Assembly (NCBI GenBank): GCA_017552965.1
Contig: JAFZNQ010000101.1
Coordinates: 1,899 to 65,898, forward strand
Direction of reading: 5' to 3'
DNA length: 64,000 nucleotides
Source: Abditibacteriota bacterium
Lineage (GTDB): Bacteria > Armatimonadota > UBA5829
Of this stretch, positions 9,057 to 17,875 are shown in pieces. Numbering within the stretch: position 1 is the stretch's first letter; every line of letters begins with the position of its first letter. The notes under the pieces were generated by a model, which had not been told where the DNA came from, ran no database searches, and worked only from the letters and a program-made list of their open reading frames with translations. Position numbers and translations under genes: made by a program.

Positions 9057-9818
9057 TCATAGGTCCTTTGTCATGTTCGCTGTATTGATCTTGTGGGCCA
9101 GATAGCCCGCTCCGAATCCGTTGTCTATGTTCACCACGCACAGCCCTGCGGCGCAGCTGTTGAGCATGGTGATGAGGGCCGACACTCCTCCGAAGGAGAC
9201 TCCGTAGCCCACGCTCACGGGTAGGGCTATGACGGGGCACTCCACCAGTCCCGCCACCGCTCCGGGAAGAGCGCCTTCCATGCCGGCGGCGGCCACTATA
9301 CACGAAGAGCCCCTTATCTCCGGCAGCACTGCCAGCAGGCGGTGCAGACCGGCGATCCCCACGTCAAAGAAGGTCCTGACCTCGCTGCCCAGCAGGCTGC
9401 ACACCAGCGCGGCCTCTTTGGCCACGGGGATGTCCGCCGTGCCTGCGGAGAGGACGGACACCCGGCCCCCCGGGACCCGGGGAGCGGAGCCCCGCCACAC
9501 CAGCCGGGCCTCCGGAGAATACTCATGCTCCGGCAGCCGGTCCCTGATGCGGACATAGACCTCTTCGGAAAGGCGGGTGCCTATCACCAGCTTTTCCGTG
9601 TCGGCCAGACGAGCAAAAATGGCGGCGATATGCTCGTCGCTCTTGCCCTGGCAGAAAATCACCTCGGGCACGCCGGTCCTCAGAGCCCTGTGGTGGTCCA
9701 GACGGGCAAAGCCCAGATCCTCATAGTCTATATTGCCCAGAGTCTCCAGAGCTTCGTCCCGGGACACCCGGCCGCTGATGATGCCGTCTATGATGTCCGA
9801 GAGCTTCTCTCTGTCCAC
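9057..9818 (-). CDS. larB: LarB-like PurE-family protein (nickel-pincer cofactor biosynthesis carboxylase/hydrolase homolog)
   Basis: 253 aa. N-terminal LarB-type region plus a C-terminal AIR-carboxylase (PurE) fold (VIAAAGMEGALPGAVAGLV...VSVGYGVSFGG). GTG start. No larC or larE nearby. Confidence 0.7.
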   Translation of the reverse strand: MDREKLSDIIDGIISGRVSRDEALETLGNIDYEDLGFARLDHHRALRTGVPEVIFCQGKSDEHIAAIFARLADTEKLVIGTRLSEEVYVRIRDRLPEHEYSPEARLVWRGSAPRVPGGRVSVLSAGTADIPVAKEAALVCSLLGSEVRTFFDVGIAGLHRLLAVLPEIRGSSCIVAAAGMEGALPGAVAGLVECPVIALPVSVGYGVSFGGVSALITMLNSCAAGLCVVNIDNGFGAGYLAHKINTANMTKDL

Positions 9819-10252
9819 TATTTGTCTCTCAGCACCGTCACCAGCTTACAGGCGATGGGGTTGGCGCCGGCCGAGGATACGAATTCCTCGGTGCGGAATC
9901 TCCACACGTCGCCGGGCAGCATGAAGTCTATCTTGTTGTAGATGTTCTCTGCCAGATACAGTTGCCCTCTCAGCTTGTAATAGATGTTCCAGACAATAGT
10001 CACGTTGCGCAGTATGTCGCTGCCTCTGTTTTCCAGCAGGCCGTCTATGTGATATCTGGAATTCTTCACCAGTATCAGCACGTTGGAGGCGTTCAGCTCT
10101 CCGTCGTCATACACGTTGTCCACCCGGCGCTGCTCTTCGTCATACATCAGCACCATGATGCCGTTGGCGTCCTTTTCGATCTCCGGGGCCTGGGGCTCGG
10201 CGGTCTCCTCCACGGCAGCTTCCTGCGGGGTCATCTCATTCATTTCGTCCAT
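9818..10252 (-). CDS. Hypothetical protein (acidic N-terminus)
   Basis: 144 aa ORF with an AGGAGAG RBS, translationally coupled to larB. No recognisable domain. Confidence 0.45.
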   Translation of the reverse strand: MDEMNEMTPQEAAVEETAEPQAPEIEKDANGIMVLMYDEEQRRVDNVYDDGELNASNVLILVKNSRYHIDGLLENRGSDILRNVTIVWNIYYKLRGQLYLAENIYNKIDFMLPGDVWRFRTEEFVSSAGANPIACKLVTVLRDK

Positions 10253-10261
10253 AGCTCTCTC

Positions 10262-10699
10262 CTACAATCGAATGTCTATTATAGCGGAGACGCCCACGCC
10301 TTCCACGCGGGAGGCTCCCTTTACGCTCTTTTTGTCCACGGGCACCAGGCCTCTCATTCTCAGAGGGGTGCCAAAGGTCTTGTTGCTCTCCAGCTGGACC
10401 ACGGCCTTCACCTTGTCCACCCGTTCCTTGTCGCCGGTCACCTGGGCCATACCGATCTCCTTGCCGTCGCCCAGGCTGAGGATGATCACCACCTTGGTGG
10501 CGGATTTGGTATCCAGCTGATTCTCGTTCAGCAGGTGATTGAGAAAGCTGTTGATCTGCCCTCCGTAGCTGTCCACCAGCACGCCCACGGCTATGCCCCC
10601 CAGCAGCGACCCCAGATTGAAGCCGGCGCACAGGGACGCCGCCGCCACGGATATGAAGAGCGACAGACAAACGACCGATGCGATGATCCTTTTTTTCAT
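10262..10699 (-). CDS. Hypothetical secreted/membrane protein
   Basis: 145 aa. N-terminal hydrophobic signal MKKRIIASVVCLSLFISVAAASLCAG. AAAGGAG RBS. Confidence 0.5.
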   Translation of the reverse strand: MKKRIIASVVCLSLFISVAAASLCAGFNLGSLLGGIAVGVLVDSYGGQINSFLNHLLNENQLDTKSATKVVIILSLGDGKEIGMAQVTGDKERVDKVKAVVQLESNKTFGTPLRMRGLVPVDKKSVKGASRVEGVGVSAIIDIRL

Positions 10700-10722
10700 A
10701 TACGTCTCCTTTGGGCAACCGC

Positions 10723-13350
10723 TCAGGACAGCAGCGCCAGTCTTTCCAGGAGCTTTGCCTTTTTGTCGGTGAGCTCGCTGACCAGAGCCTTTTGCTTGTC
10801 TATGACCTCCTGAGGGGCCTTGGCCAAAAAGCCCTGATTGGACAGCTTGCCCTGACTCCTGGCCAGGTCCTTCTCGATAGAGGCCAGCTCTTTGGTGATC
10901 TTGTCCTTTTCCTTGCCGCTGTCCCTGAGACCCTGAGGGTCTATATACACGTCCACACCCGGGAGATGGGTCCCGGCATAGGCTGCCTTTTCCTCCGGTG
11001 TGACGGTCTCCGGGGTATCCAGGCTCTCCAGCCTGCCCAGGAACATGATCTTGTCCTTCATGGAGCTCAGGTCCTTCCCGGTGACTATCACGGCTTTGGC
11101 GGGCTTGCCGCCGGGGATATCCAGCTGCAGCCGCATGCTCCGGATGGCGCCCACTATGGCCATCAGCAGCTCGGTCTCCTGCTCCGCTTCCTCAAATATG
11201 CGGCTGTCATCCGCCTGAGGATAGGGCTGCAGCATGATGCTGGCGCCCTCCTCGGAGCTCAGGTGCTGCCATATCTCCTCTGTGATAAAGGGCATCACGG
11301 GATGCAGCAGTCTCAGAGAGGCCTCCAGCACGTAGCCCAGAGTCCATCTGACCACGTCGCCGTCCTCTCCCCTGAGCCTGTCCTTGCTCAGCTCTATATA
11401 CCAGTCGCAGTAGTCGTTCCAGATGAAGTCGTGGATGGCCTTGGCAGCGTCGTCCATATCGTAGGTGGAGAGGGAGCTGTTGGCAGTCCGGGCAGTCTTC
11501 TGGAGCTTGGAGATGATCCACTTGTCCTCGGCGGACAGCCGGTCCTTCACCAGAGGCCAGTCCTCCGCCCTGAAGCCGTCTATGTTCATGAGCACGAAGC
11601 GGCTGGCGTTCCATATCTTGTTGCAGAAGCGGCTGACTATCTCCACTCTCTTGTCGGAAAATCTGATGTCCTGGGTCTTGCCGGCCTGGGAAATGAGCGA
11701 ATACCTCAGGGCGTCGGCGCCGTAAAGGTCTATCATCTCCAGAGGGTCCACTCCGGTGCCCAGGCTCTTGGACATACGCCTGCCCTTTTCGTCCTGGACC
11801 GTGGCGTAGATATACACGTCCCTGAAGGGCACGTCGCCCATATATTCCAGGGAGGAAAAGATCATGCGGGCCACCCACAGATTGATGATGTCCCTGGCGG
11901 TGATGAGCACGTCGGTGGGGAAGAAATACCGCAGCTCTTCGGTCATTTCCGGCCAGCCCAGCGTGGCAAAGGGCCAGAGAGCCGAGGAGAACCAGGTATC
12001 CAGCACGTCGGTCTCCTGCTCCACGGGGCCGCCGCAGTCGGGGCAGGCGTCCACGGGAGTCTTGCTGGCGATGAAGCGGCCGCAGGCCGAGCACTTGTAC
12101 ACGGGGATCCTGTGGCCCCACCAGAGCTGACGGCTGATGCACCAGTCTCTCACGTTTTCCAGCCATTCTATATAGCCCTTTTCATAGCGCTTGGGCCAGA
12201 AGGTGATCCGGCCGGACTTCACAGCCTCTATGGCGGGGGCGGCCAGCTCCTTCATCCTGCAGAACCACTGCTCGCTCAGCAGAGGCTCGATAGTGGTGCC
12301 GCAGCGCTGGCAGGTGCCCACCTGATGGGTGTAGTCCTCTATCTTGTCCATGAGCCCCAGGGCCTGCAGGTCGGCCACTATGGCCTCTCTGGCCTCGTAG
12401 CGGTCCATGCCCGCGTATTTGCCGCACACGTCGGTCATCCTGCCGTCGGGGGCTATGACGGTGATCTGGGGCAGATTGTGCCTGAGGCCCAGCTCAAAGT
12501 CGTTGGGGTCGTGGGCGGGGGTGATCTTCACGCAGCCCGTCCCGAATTCCATATCCACGTAGTCGTCCGCCACGATGGGTATCACCCGGTCCATCAGGGG
12601 CAGGATCAGATTCTTGCCCACCAGATCCTTGTAGCGCTCGTCATGGGAGTTGACTGCCACAGCCGTATCGCCCAGCATGGTCTCGGGGCGGGTGGTGGCT
12701 ATGGTCACGAAGCCGGAGCCGTCCTCCAGAGGATATCTGTAATGCCAGAAATGCCCGGCCTGCTCCTCGTATTCCACCTCCAGGTCGGATATGGCGGAGG
12801 CGCAGCGGGGGCACCAGTTGATGACTCTGGCTCCCTTGTAGATATAGCCCTTGTCGAACAGGCGGACAAAGGTCTCCAGCACCGCGTCTGCGTAGCCCTT
12901 GTCCATGGTGAAGCGCTCTCTCTCCCAGTCAAAGGAAAAGCCCAGCTTTTTGAACTGGCGTATGATCTGCCCGCCGTATTCGTTCTTCCACTCCCAGGTC
13001 TTCTCCAAAAAGGCCTCTCTGCCTATGGCCAGCCTGTCGATGCCTTCCCTGGCCAGCTTGTCCGCCACCTTTTTCTGGGTGGCTATGCCGGCGTGGTCCG
13101 TGCCGGGCAGACACAGGGTGTTGTAGCCCTGCATACGCTTCCAGCGGATCAGCACGTCGTGTATGGAATAGCACAGAGCGTGGCCTATGTGGAGACTGCC
13201 TGTCACGTTGGGAGGCGGGATGGTGATGGAATAACGGGGCCTCGAAGGATCGGGCTCGGCGTGAAAGTATCCGGCCTCGGTCCAGCGGGCGTACCACTTG
13301 TCCTCCACTCCCCGTGGGTCATAGGTCTTGGGCAAATTATCTGTCTGCAT
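10723..13350 (-). CDS. valS: Valine--tRNA ligase
   Basis: 875 aa class I aaRS with HIGH (LHIGH) and KMSKS motifs, an editing domain and a C-terminal coiled coil. Confidence 0.95.
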   Translation of the reverse strand: MQTDNLPKTYDPRGVEDKWYARWTEAGYFHAEPDPSRPRYSITIPPPNVTGSLHIGHALCYSIHDVLIRWKRMQGYNTLCLPGTDHAGIATQKKVADKLAREGIDRLAIGREAFLEKTWEWKNEYGGQIIRQFKKLGFSFDWERERFTMDKGYADAVLETFVRLFDKGYIYKGARVINWCPRCASAISDLEVEYEEQAGHFWHYRYPLEDGSGFVTIATTRPETMLGDTAVAVNSHDERYKDLVGKNLILPLMDRVIPIVADDYVDMEFGTGCVKITPAHDPNDFELGLRHNLPQITVIAPDGRMTDVCGKYAGMDRYEAREAIVADLQALGLMDKIEDYTHQVGTCQRCGTTIEPLLSEQWFCRMKELAAPAIEAVKSGRITFWPKRYEKGYIEWLENVRDWCISRQLWWGHRIPVYKCSACGRFIASKTPVDACPDCGGPVEQETDVLDTWFSSALWPFATLGWPEMTEELRYFFPTDVLITARDIINLWVARMIFSSLEYMGDVPFRDVYIYATVQDEKGRRMSKSLGTGVDPLEMIDLYGADALRYSLISQAGKTQDIRFSDKRVEIVSRFCNKIWNASRFVLMNIDGFRAEDWPLVKDRLSAEDKWIISKLQKTARTANSSLSTYDMDDAAKAIHDFIWNDYCDWYIELSKDRLRGEDGDVVRWTLGYVLEASLRLLHPVMPFITEEIWQHLSSEEGASIMLQPYPQADDSRIFEEAEQETELLMAIVGAIRSMRLQLDIPGGKPAKAVIVTGKDLSSMKDKIMFLGRLESLDTPETVTPEEKAAYAGTHLPGVDVYIDPQGLRDSGKEKDKITKELASIEKDLARSQGKLSNQGFLAKAPQEVIDKQKALVSELTDKKAKLLERLALLS

Positions 13351-14236
13351 TTATCACTCCGTTGGTATTTTGTTTTTTCATTATCAGGCACACCCATTCC
13401 TTCAGGGCGCGCTCCTCCGTCAGCTCAAAGCCTCTCTGTTCCAGGGCTTCCCGCACTTCCTGCGAGCGGGTATTGATGATACCCGAGGCCACCAGTATGC
13501 CTCCGGGCCGGGTGGCCGCCGCCAGCGAATCCGCCATATAGAGGATCACCTTGGCTATGATGTTGGCCAGGGTCAGGTCCGCCGGGACCGGGATATGGTC
13601 GGCGTTGAAGGCCCTCTGCAGGGAAGCCTCTACGCCCAGCCGGCGGAAATTGGCCTCCGCGGTCTCCACCGCCACCGAATCGCAGTCAAAGGCGTATATA
13701 TCTCCGGCCCCCAGCCGGTCTGCCGCTATGGACAGTATGCCTGAGCCGGTGCCCGCGTCTATCACCGTGTCCCCGGGCTTCAAGTAGTCCTCCAGGGCGC
13801 CCAGACACAGAGCCGTGGTGGGATGCTGTCCGGTGCCGAAGGCCATGCCGGGATCCAGCTCCAGCACTATCTCGCCGTCTGCGGGGTCGTAGTCCTCCCA
13901 GCCCGGCTTGATGACGAACCGGCCCAGCCTGAAGGGCTTGTAATACTTTTTCCAGCTGTCGGCCCAGTTTTCTTCCTCTATGAGCTCGGTGGTGAGCTCG
14001 GCGGAGGGCAGAGCGATGCCCAGCAGCTCAAAGGCCTTCACATGGGCTTCCAGCTTCCGCAGCTTGTCCGGATACTGGTCGTCGCAGCGTATGTAGGCGG
14101 TCAGGGTCACGGTGGCAAAGCCGTCGCCCTTGTTCACCTCCTCCAGCACGCCGCCAATGCCCGCCTCAGCGAACACCCGGGACAGGGCGTTCACGTATTC
14201 TCTGGAGGTATTGATGGAGACTCTGGCCCACTTCAT
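13337..14236 (-). CDS. prmA: Ribosomal protein L11 methyltransferase
   Basis: 299 aa with PrmA N-terminal domain and SAM-binding [10 protein letters not shown] motif. Coupled downstream of dnaJ (ATGA overlap). Confidence 0.9.
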   Translation of the reverse strand: MKWARVSINTSREYVNALSRVFAEAGIGGVLEEVNKGDGFATVTLTAYIRCDDQYPDKLRKLEAHVKAFELLGIALPSAELTTELIEEENWADSWKKYYKPFRLGRFVIKPGWEDYDPADGEIVLELDPGMAFGTGQHPTTALCLGALEDYLKPGDTVIDAGTGSGILSIAADRLGAGDIYAFDCDSVAVETAEANFRRLGVEASLQRAFNADHIPVPADLTLANIIAKVILYMADSLAAATRPGGILVASGIINTRSQEVREALEQRGFELTEERALKEWVCLIMKKQNTNGVINADR

Positions 14237-15396
14237 TTCTTTTTGCGGCCCCCTCTCTTCTTGCCGAAGAGCTTGTCGGTGATGGTGTCCTTGTGAGGAG
14301 CGGGCTCAAGGGTCTCGCCCATGGCCTGCGAATAGGCCAGCAGGGCCTCCCGCTGCTCTGCGGAAAGGCTCCGGGGCACAGCGACTCCCACTCTCACGAA
14401 CATGGAGCCTCTTATGCCCGTTCTCAGCTGGGGCATGCCCTGCCCCTTCATCTCATACACCTGTCCGGGCTGGGTGCCCGGCTTGATCTCCAGCTCCGCG
14501 TCCTCGCCGTAGATGGTGGGCACGGGTATTTTGGTCCCCAGAGCAGCCGCCGCAAAGGACACCTCGGTCTCCATATAGAGGTCCTGGCCTCTGCGGACGA
14601 AATCCGGGTCCTCCTCCAGCCGCACCGCCACGTAGAGATCGCCGGCGGGGCCTCCGTTGAGGCCGTCGTCGCCGGCGCCGGCTATGCGCATGCGCTGATC
14701 GTCGTCAATGCCGGCGGGGATAGTCACTGTCTTGCGCTCGGTCCTGCGCACCCTCTTGTGTCCGTGACAGGTCTTGCATGGATCCGTGATCACGGCGCCC
14801 TCGCCGCCGCAGTTCTGACAGGTGGTCACCTGCACGGTGGTGCCGAAGATGCTGTTCACGGTCCGGCGCACCTGCCCGGTGCCGTGACACACGGGACATT
14901 CCGCCGGGGCAGCGCCGTTCTCGGAGCCGGTGCCCTTGCAGCTGTCGCAGGTGACGCTGCGGGGATACTCTATCTCTCTCTCGCAGCCCGTGGCTGCCTC
15001 CTGCAGAGAGATCCGCACCTGCAGCTCCTGATCGGCCCCCTGCAGGGGACCCGTGCGGCGGGACCTGCGGGCGCCTCCTCCGAAGATATCTCCAAAGCCA
15101 AAGTTGCCGAAGAGGTCGCCCAGATCGCCTTCAAAGGTAAAGCCGCCGGCTCCGCCGCCCTGAGGTCCGCCCTCCAGACCGGCTTCGCCGTAGCGATCGT
15201 AGATGCTGCGCTGTCTGTCGTCCGTCAGCACCTCGTGGGCCTTGTTTATCTGCTTGAATTTCTCCTCGGCGCCTTCCTCGTGATTGATGTCGGGATGGTA
15301 TTTGCGGGCCATCCTGCGGAAGGCCTTTTTGATATCGTCCTTGGTAGCGTCCCTGGACACGCCCAGGAGCTCGTAATAATCCTGATTGTCTGCCAT
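14233..15396 (-). CDS. dnaJ: Molecular chaperone DnaJ
   Basis: J-domain with HPD, a G/F-rich region, four CxxCxGxG zinc-finger repeats and a C-terminal domain. Confidence 0.95.
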   Translation of the reverse strand: MADNQDYYELLGVSRDATKDDIKKAFRRMARKYHPDINHEEGAEEKFKQINKAHEVLTDDRQRSIYDRYGEAGLEGGPQGGGAGGFTFEGDLGDLFGNFGFGDIFGGGARRSRRTGPLQGADQELQVRISLQEAATGCEREIEYPRSVTCDSCKGTGSENGAAPAECPVCHGTGQVRRTVNSIFGTTVQVTTCQNCGGEGAVITDPCKTCHGHKRVRRTERKTVTIPAGIDDDQRMRIAGAGDDGLNGGPAGDLYVAVRLEEDPDFVRRGQDLYMETEVSFAAAALGTKIPVPTIYGEDAELEIKPGTQPGQVYEMKGQGMPQLRTGIRGSMFVRVGVAVPRSLSAEQREALLAYSQAMGETLEPAPHKDTITDKLFGKKRGGRKKK

Positions 15397-15431
15397 GATC
15401 CCATGTTATCGATGCGTAATATTCATAATAT

Positions 15432-15460
15432 ATTATACCAAAATACGGCCTGCAAGTCAA
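15432..15460 (-). promoter_or_regulatory. Putative dnaJ-prmA promoter (TTGACT-17-TATAAT)
   Basis: Minus strand cTTGACTtgcaggccgtattttggTATAATat, about 35 nt upstream of the dnaJ ATG. No CIRCE inverted repeat seen. Confidence 0.4.
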
Positions 15461-15481
15461 AGAAAGACCCTCTCCTCCGGA

Positions 15482-15516
15482 CACAAAAAAAGAGCAGAGC
15501 TCAGGCTCTGCTCCCT
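15482..15516 (-). terminator. Intrinsic terminator downstream of rpoZ (bidirectional hairpin)
   Basis: GAGCAGAGCtcagGCTCTGCTC perfect hairpin flanked by A-run and T-run. Confidence 0.5.
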
Positions 15517-15528
15517 TGTTTTTGCCTA

Positions 15529-15933
15529 TCAGAACAGGTCGGTAAAGCTGGTCTCCTCTTCGGCGCCCGCATCTTCCTGCTCTTCCGTGTCCTGGGACTG
15601 CTCCAGGTATTCGCTGTCGGAGCCTTCCTTGGCTTCCGCTTCGTATTCGCCCTCGGCTCCTTCCTGCCGCTTGGTCTCTTCGGTCTCTTCGGTCTCCTCG
15701 TTCCTGGCTATGTCCTCCAGGACCTGGGTATCGATCTCATCTATATCGGGAGTCTCGCCGAACACTTCGCCCGCCGCTATCTCCTCAAAGGCAATGGTGA
15801 GAGGATTGGTGGACTCGGTCTCTATGAGGGGCTTCATGCCGGCCTTGATCTGCTTCGATCTCTGGGCCGCCATCAGCACCAGCTTGTACTTGCTTCCCAC
15901 CTTTCTCATGCTCTCGCTGCTGGGATAAATCAT
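15529..15933 (-). CDS. rpoZ: DNA-directed RNA polymerase subunit omega with acidic C-terminal extension
   Basis: MRKVGSKYKLVLMAAQRSKQIKAG matches the RpoZ core. Start placed at the internal M (MIYPSSESMRK...). Confidence 0.7.
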   Translation of the reverse strand: MIYPSSESMRKVGSKYKLVLMAAQRSKQIKAGMKPLIETESTNPLTIAFEEIAAGEVFGETPDIDEIDTQVLEDIARNEETEETEETKRQEGAEGEYEAEAKEGSDSEYLEQSQDTEEQEDAGAEEETSFTDLF

Positions 15934-15982
15934 ACCTTGACACCTCGCTAATGATCTGGGACAAAAAACAGTCACTTTAATA

Positions 15983-17875
15983 TTATACTATTTTCGCCTC
16001 TATGCTGTCAATAGCCTCCTGGAGAGATTCCCATTTTTTCATGAGCTCCTCCAGCTTTTTTTGCTGCTCCGAATATTCCAGGCTCAGCTCCCGGGCGCTG
16101 CCGTCCCTGTACACCGACTCGTCCCCCATCAGGAGAGTGATCTCCTTCATGCGCTCCTCGCAGCTTTCTATCTCCGCTTCCAGAGCCTTCAGCTCCGCCT
16201 TCAGGGGCTTGGCCTGCTGCCGCAGGGCCCTGTTGTCGGGACCGGAGGCGGCTTTGGGCTTGACGGGAGGCGCGGGCTGCTCGGGCCGGACCGCCTTTTC
16301 CCTGTAGTAGGAATAAGGCCCCGGATATACCGTAAAGCGGCCGTCCCTGATCTCTGCGGTGACCCCGGCCGTCCTCTCCAGAAAATATCTGTCGTGGGAC
16401 ACGATGACCGCCGTCCCCTCGTATTCCCGGACGGCGTTTTCCAGTATCTCGCAGCTGGCGGTATCCAGATGGTTGGTGGGCTCGTCCAGCAGCAGCAGAT
16501 TGGGCTTTTCCGCCATGATGACAGCCAGGCTCAGCCGGCATTTTTCGCCGCCGGAGAGCTGCTCCACCGTCTTGAAGGCGTCGTCCCCGGAGAACAAAAA
16601 CCTGCCCAGCAGGGTCCTGGCCTCGGAGGAGGAGATGTCCGTGGAGAGCAGCAGCTCCTCCAGCACCGTGCGGCCCGGGTCCAGATGATCGAACTCCTGG
16701 GCAAAATAGGCCATCCTCACGTTGGCGCCGAAGGTCAGGGTGCCGCCGTCGGCGGGCACCTCTCCGTGAAGTATCTTGATAAAGGTGCTCTTGCCGGAGC
16801 CGTTGGGCCCCACTACGCCCACCTTGTCTCCCCTGTCCAGAGCAAAATCCACGTCCCGGAGCAGGGTCTTGCCGCCGTAGGACTTGGACAGGCCCCTGAC
16901 CCGCAGCACCTCCCTGCCGCTGAGCAGGTCGGGAGCGATGCGCACGCTCATGCGTCTGGGGTCGGATATCTCTTTCACGGGCCTGATGCGCTGCAGCTTC
17001 TTGACCAGACTGTCCCGGCCGGAGAAATTGCGGTGGGAAAAGAGGGTCTGGATGGCTTCCTCCAGCCTCTGGGCGGTCTTTTTCTGCTGCTCCCGTTCCT
17101 TCTCCAGGACCAGGAGCTCCGCCCTTCTCTTGTCGGAATAGGCCGAATAATTGCCCTTGTATTCCGACACACAGCCCCCCTCCAGAGCCAGCACCGAATC
17201 GCAGATCTGGTCCAGAAAATATCTGTCGTGGCTGATGATGAGGGCCGCGCCCTGATACTGGCCCCTGAGGTATTCCACAAATCTCTCGCAGGCGTCTATA
17301 TCCAGATGGTTGGTGGGCTCGTCCAGCAGCAGCAGGTCGTGCTCTCCCAGCAGGAGCCGGGCCAGATGGGCTCTGGTCTTCTGGCCGCCGCTGAGGTGCC
17401 GGGGCAGCATATCCGTCTCCTGAGGCAGAAAGCCCAGCATCAGAAGCACGATGCGGGCCTGCTCCAGACGGCCAAAGCCCCCCAGCGCTTCGAACTCATG
17501 GGAGGCGTCTCCCAGCTCGGCGGCGGCTGAGTTGGAGTCGGGCTCCGCTTCCAGCCTCTCCCGGCAGGAGCGCAGGCGGGCGTAGCTCTCCGCCAGCTCC
17601 GGCGAAGCGCAGGCCACGGAGCCCAGCAGCTCAAAATCGCCGTCAAAGCCGGAGTCCTGAGGCAGATAGCCCACGGAGACTCCCGTCTCCTTTTGGACCC
17701 GGCCGCTGTCCGGGGAGAGCTCGCCGGCAAGTATCTTCATGATGGTGGACTTGCCGGTGCCGTTGTCCCCTATGAGGGCCTTGCGGCTGCTTTTTTCCAT
17801 GAGGAAGGACACGCCCTCAAACAGGTCCCTCACACCGTAGCTTTTGGAGATGTTCTGGCAGGTGATGAGAGCCAC
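15983..17875 (-). CDS. ABC-F family ATPase (tandem ABC domains, no TMD; translation/antibiotic-resistance-type factor)
   Basis: Two Walker A motifs (GDNGTGKST, GPNGSGKST), two LSGG signatures and a C-terminal coiled coil. The true start is the GTG at 17875 (VALITCQNISKSYG). The 227 aa N-terminal extension in the track ORF is Arg/His-rich junk overlapping the upstream gene. Confidence 0.85.
   Translation of the reverse strand: MALITCQNISKSYGVRDLFEGVSFLMEKSSRKALIGDNGTGKSTIMKILAGELSPDSGRVQKETGVSVGYLPQDSGFDGDFELLGSVACASPELAESYARLRSCRERLEAEPDSNSAAAELGDASHEFEALGGFGRLEQARIVLLMLGFLPQETDMLPRHLSGGQKTRAHLARLLLGEHDLLLLDEPTNHLDIDACERFVEYLRGQYQGAALIISHDRYFLDQICDSVLALEGGCVSEYKGNYSAYSDKRRAELLVLEKEREQQKKTAQRLEEAIQTLFSHRNFSGRDSLVKKLQRIRPVKEISDPRRMSVRIAPDLLSGREVLRVRGLSKSYGGKTLLRDVDFALDRGDKVGVVGPNGSGKSTFIKILHGEVPADGGTLTFGANVRMAYFAQEFDHLDPGRTVLEELLLSTDISSSEARTLLGRFLFSGDDAFKTVEQLSGGEKCRLSLAVIMAEKPNLLLLDEPTNHLDTASCEILENAVREYEGTAVIVSHDRYFLERTAGVTAEIRDGRFTVYPGPYSYYREKAVRPEQPAPPVKPKAASGPDNRALRQQAKPLKAELKALEAEIESCEERMKEITLLMGDESVYRDGSARELSLEYSEQQKKLEELMKKWESLQEAIDSIEAKIV

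Noticed and set aside
10711-13476. 921-aa plus-strand ORF spanning the whole valS region
   Set aside because: It is antisense to valyl-tRNA synthetase. Its composition is Gly/Ala/Leu/His-rich low complexity, typical of high-GC antisense frames, and it has no RBS or domain similarity.
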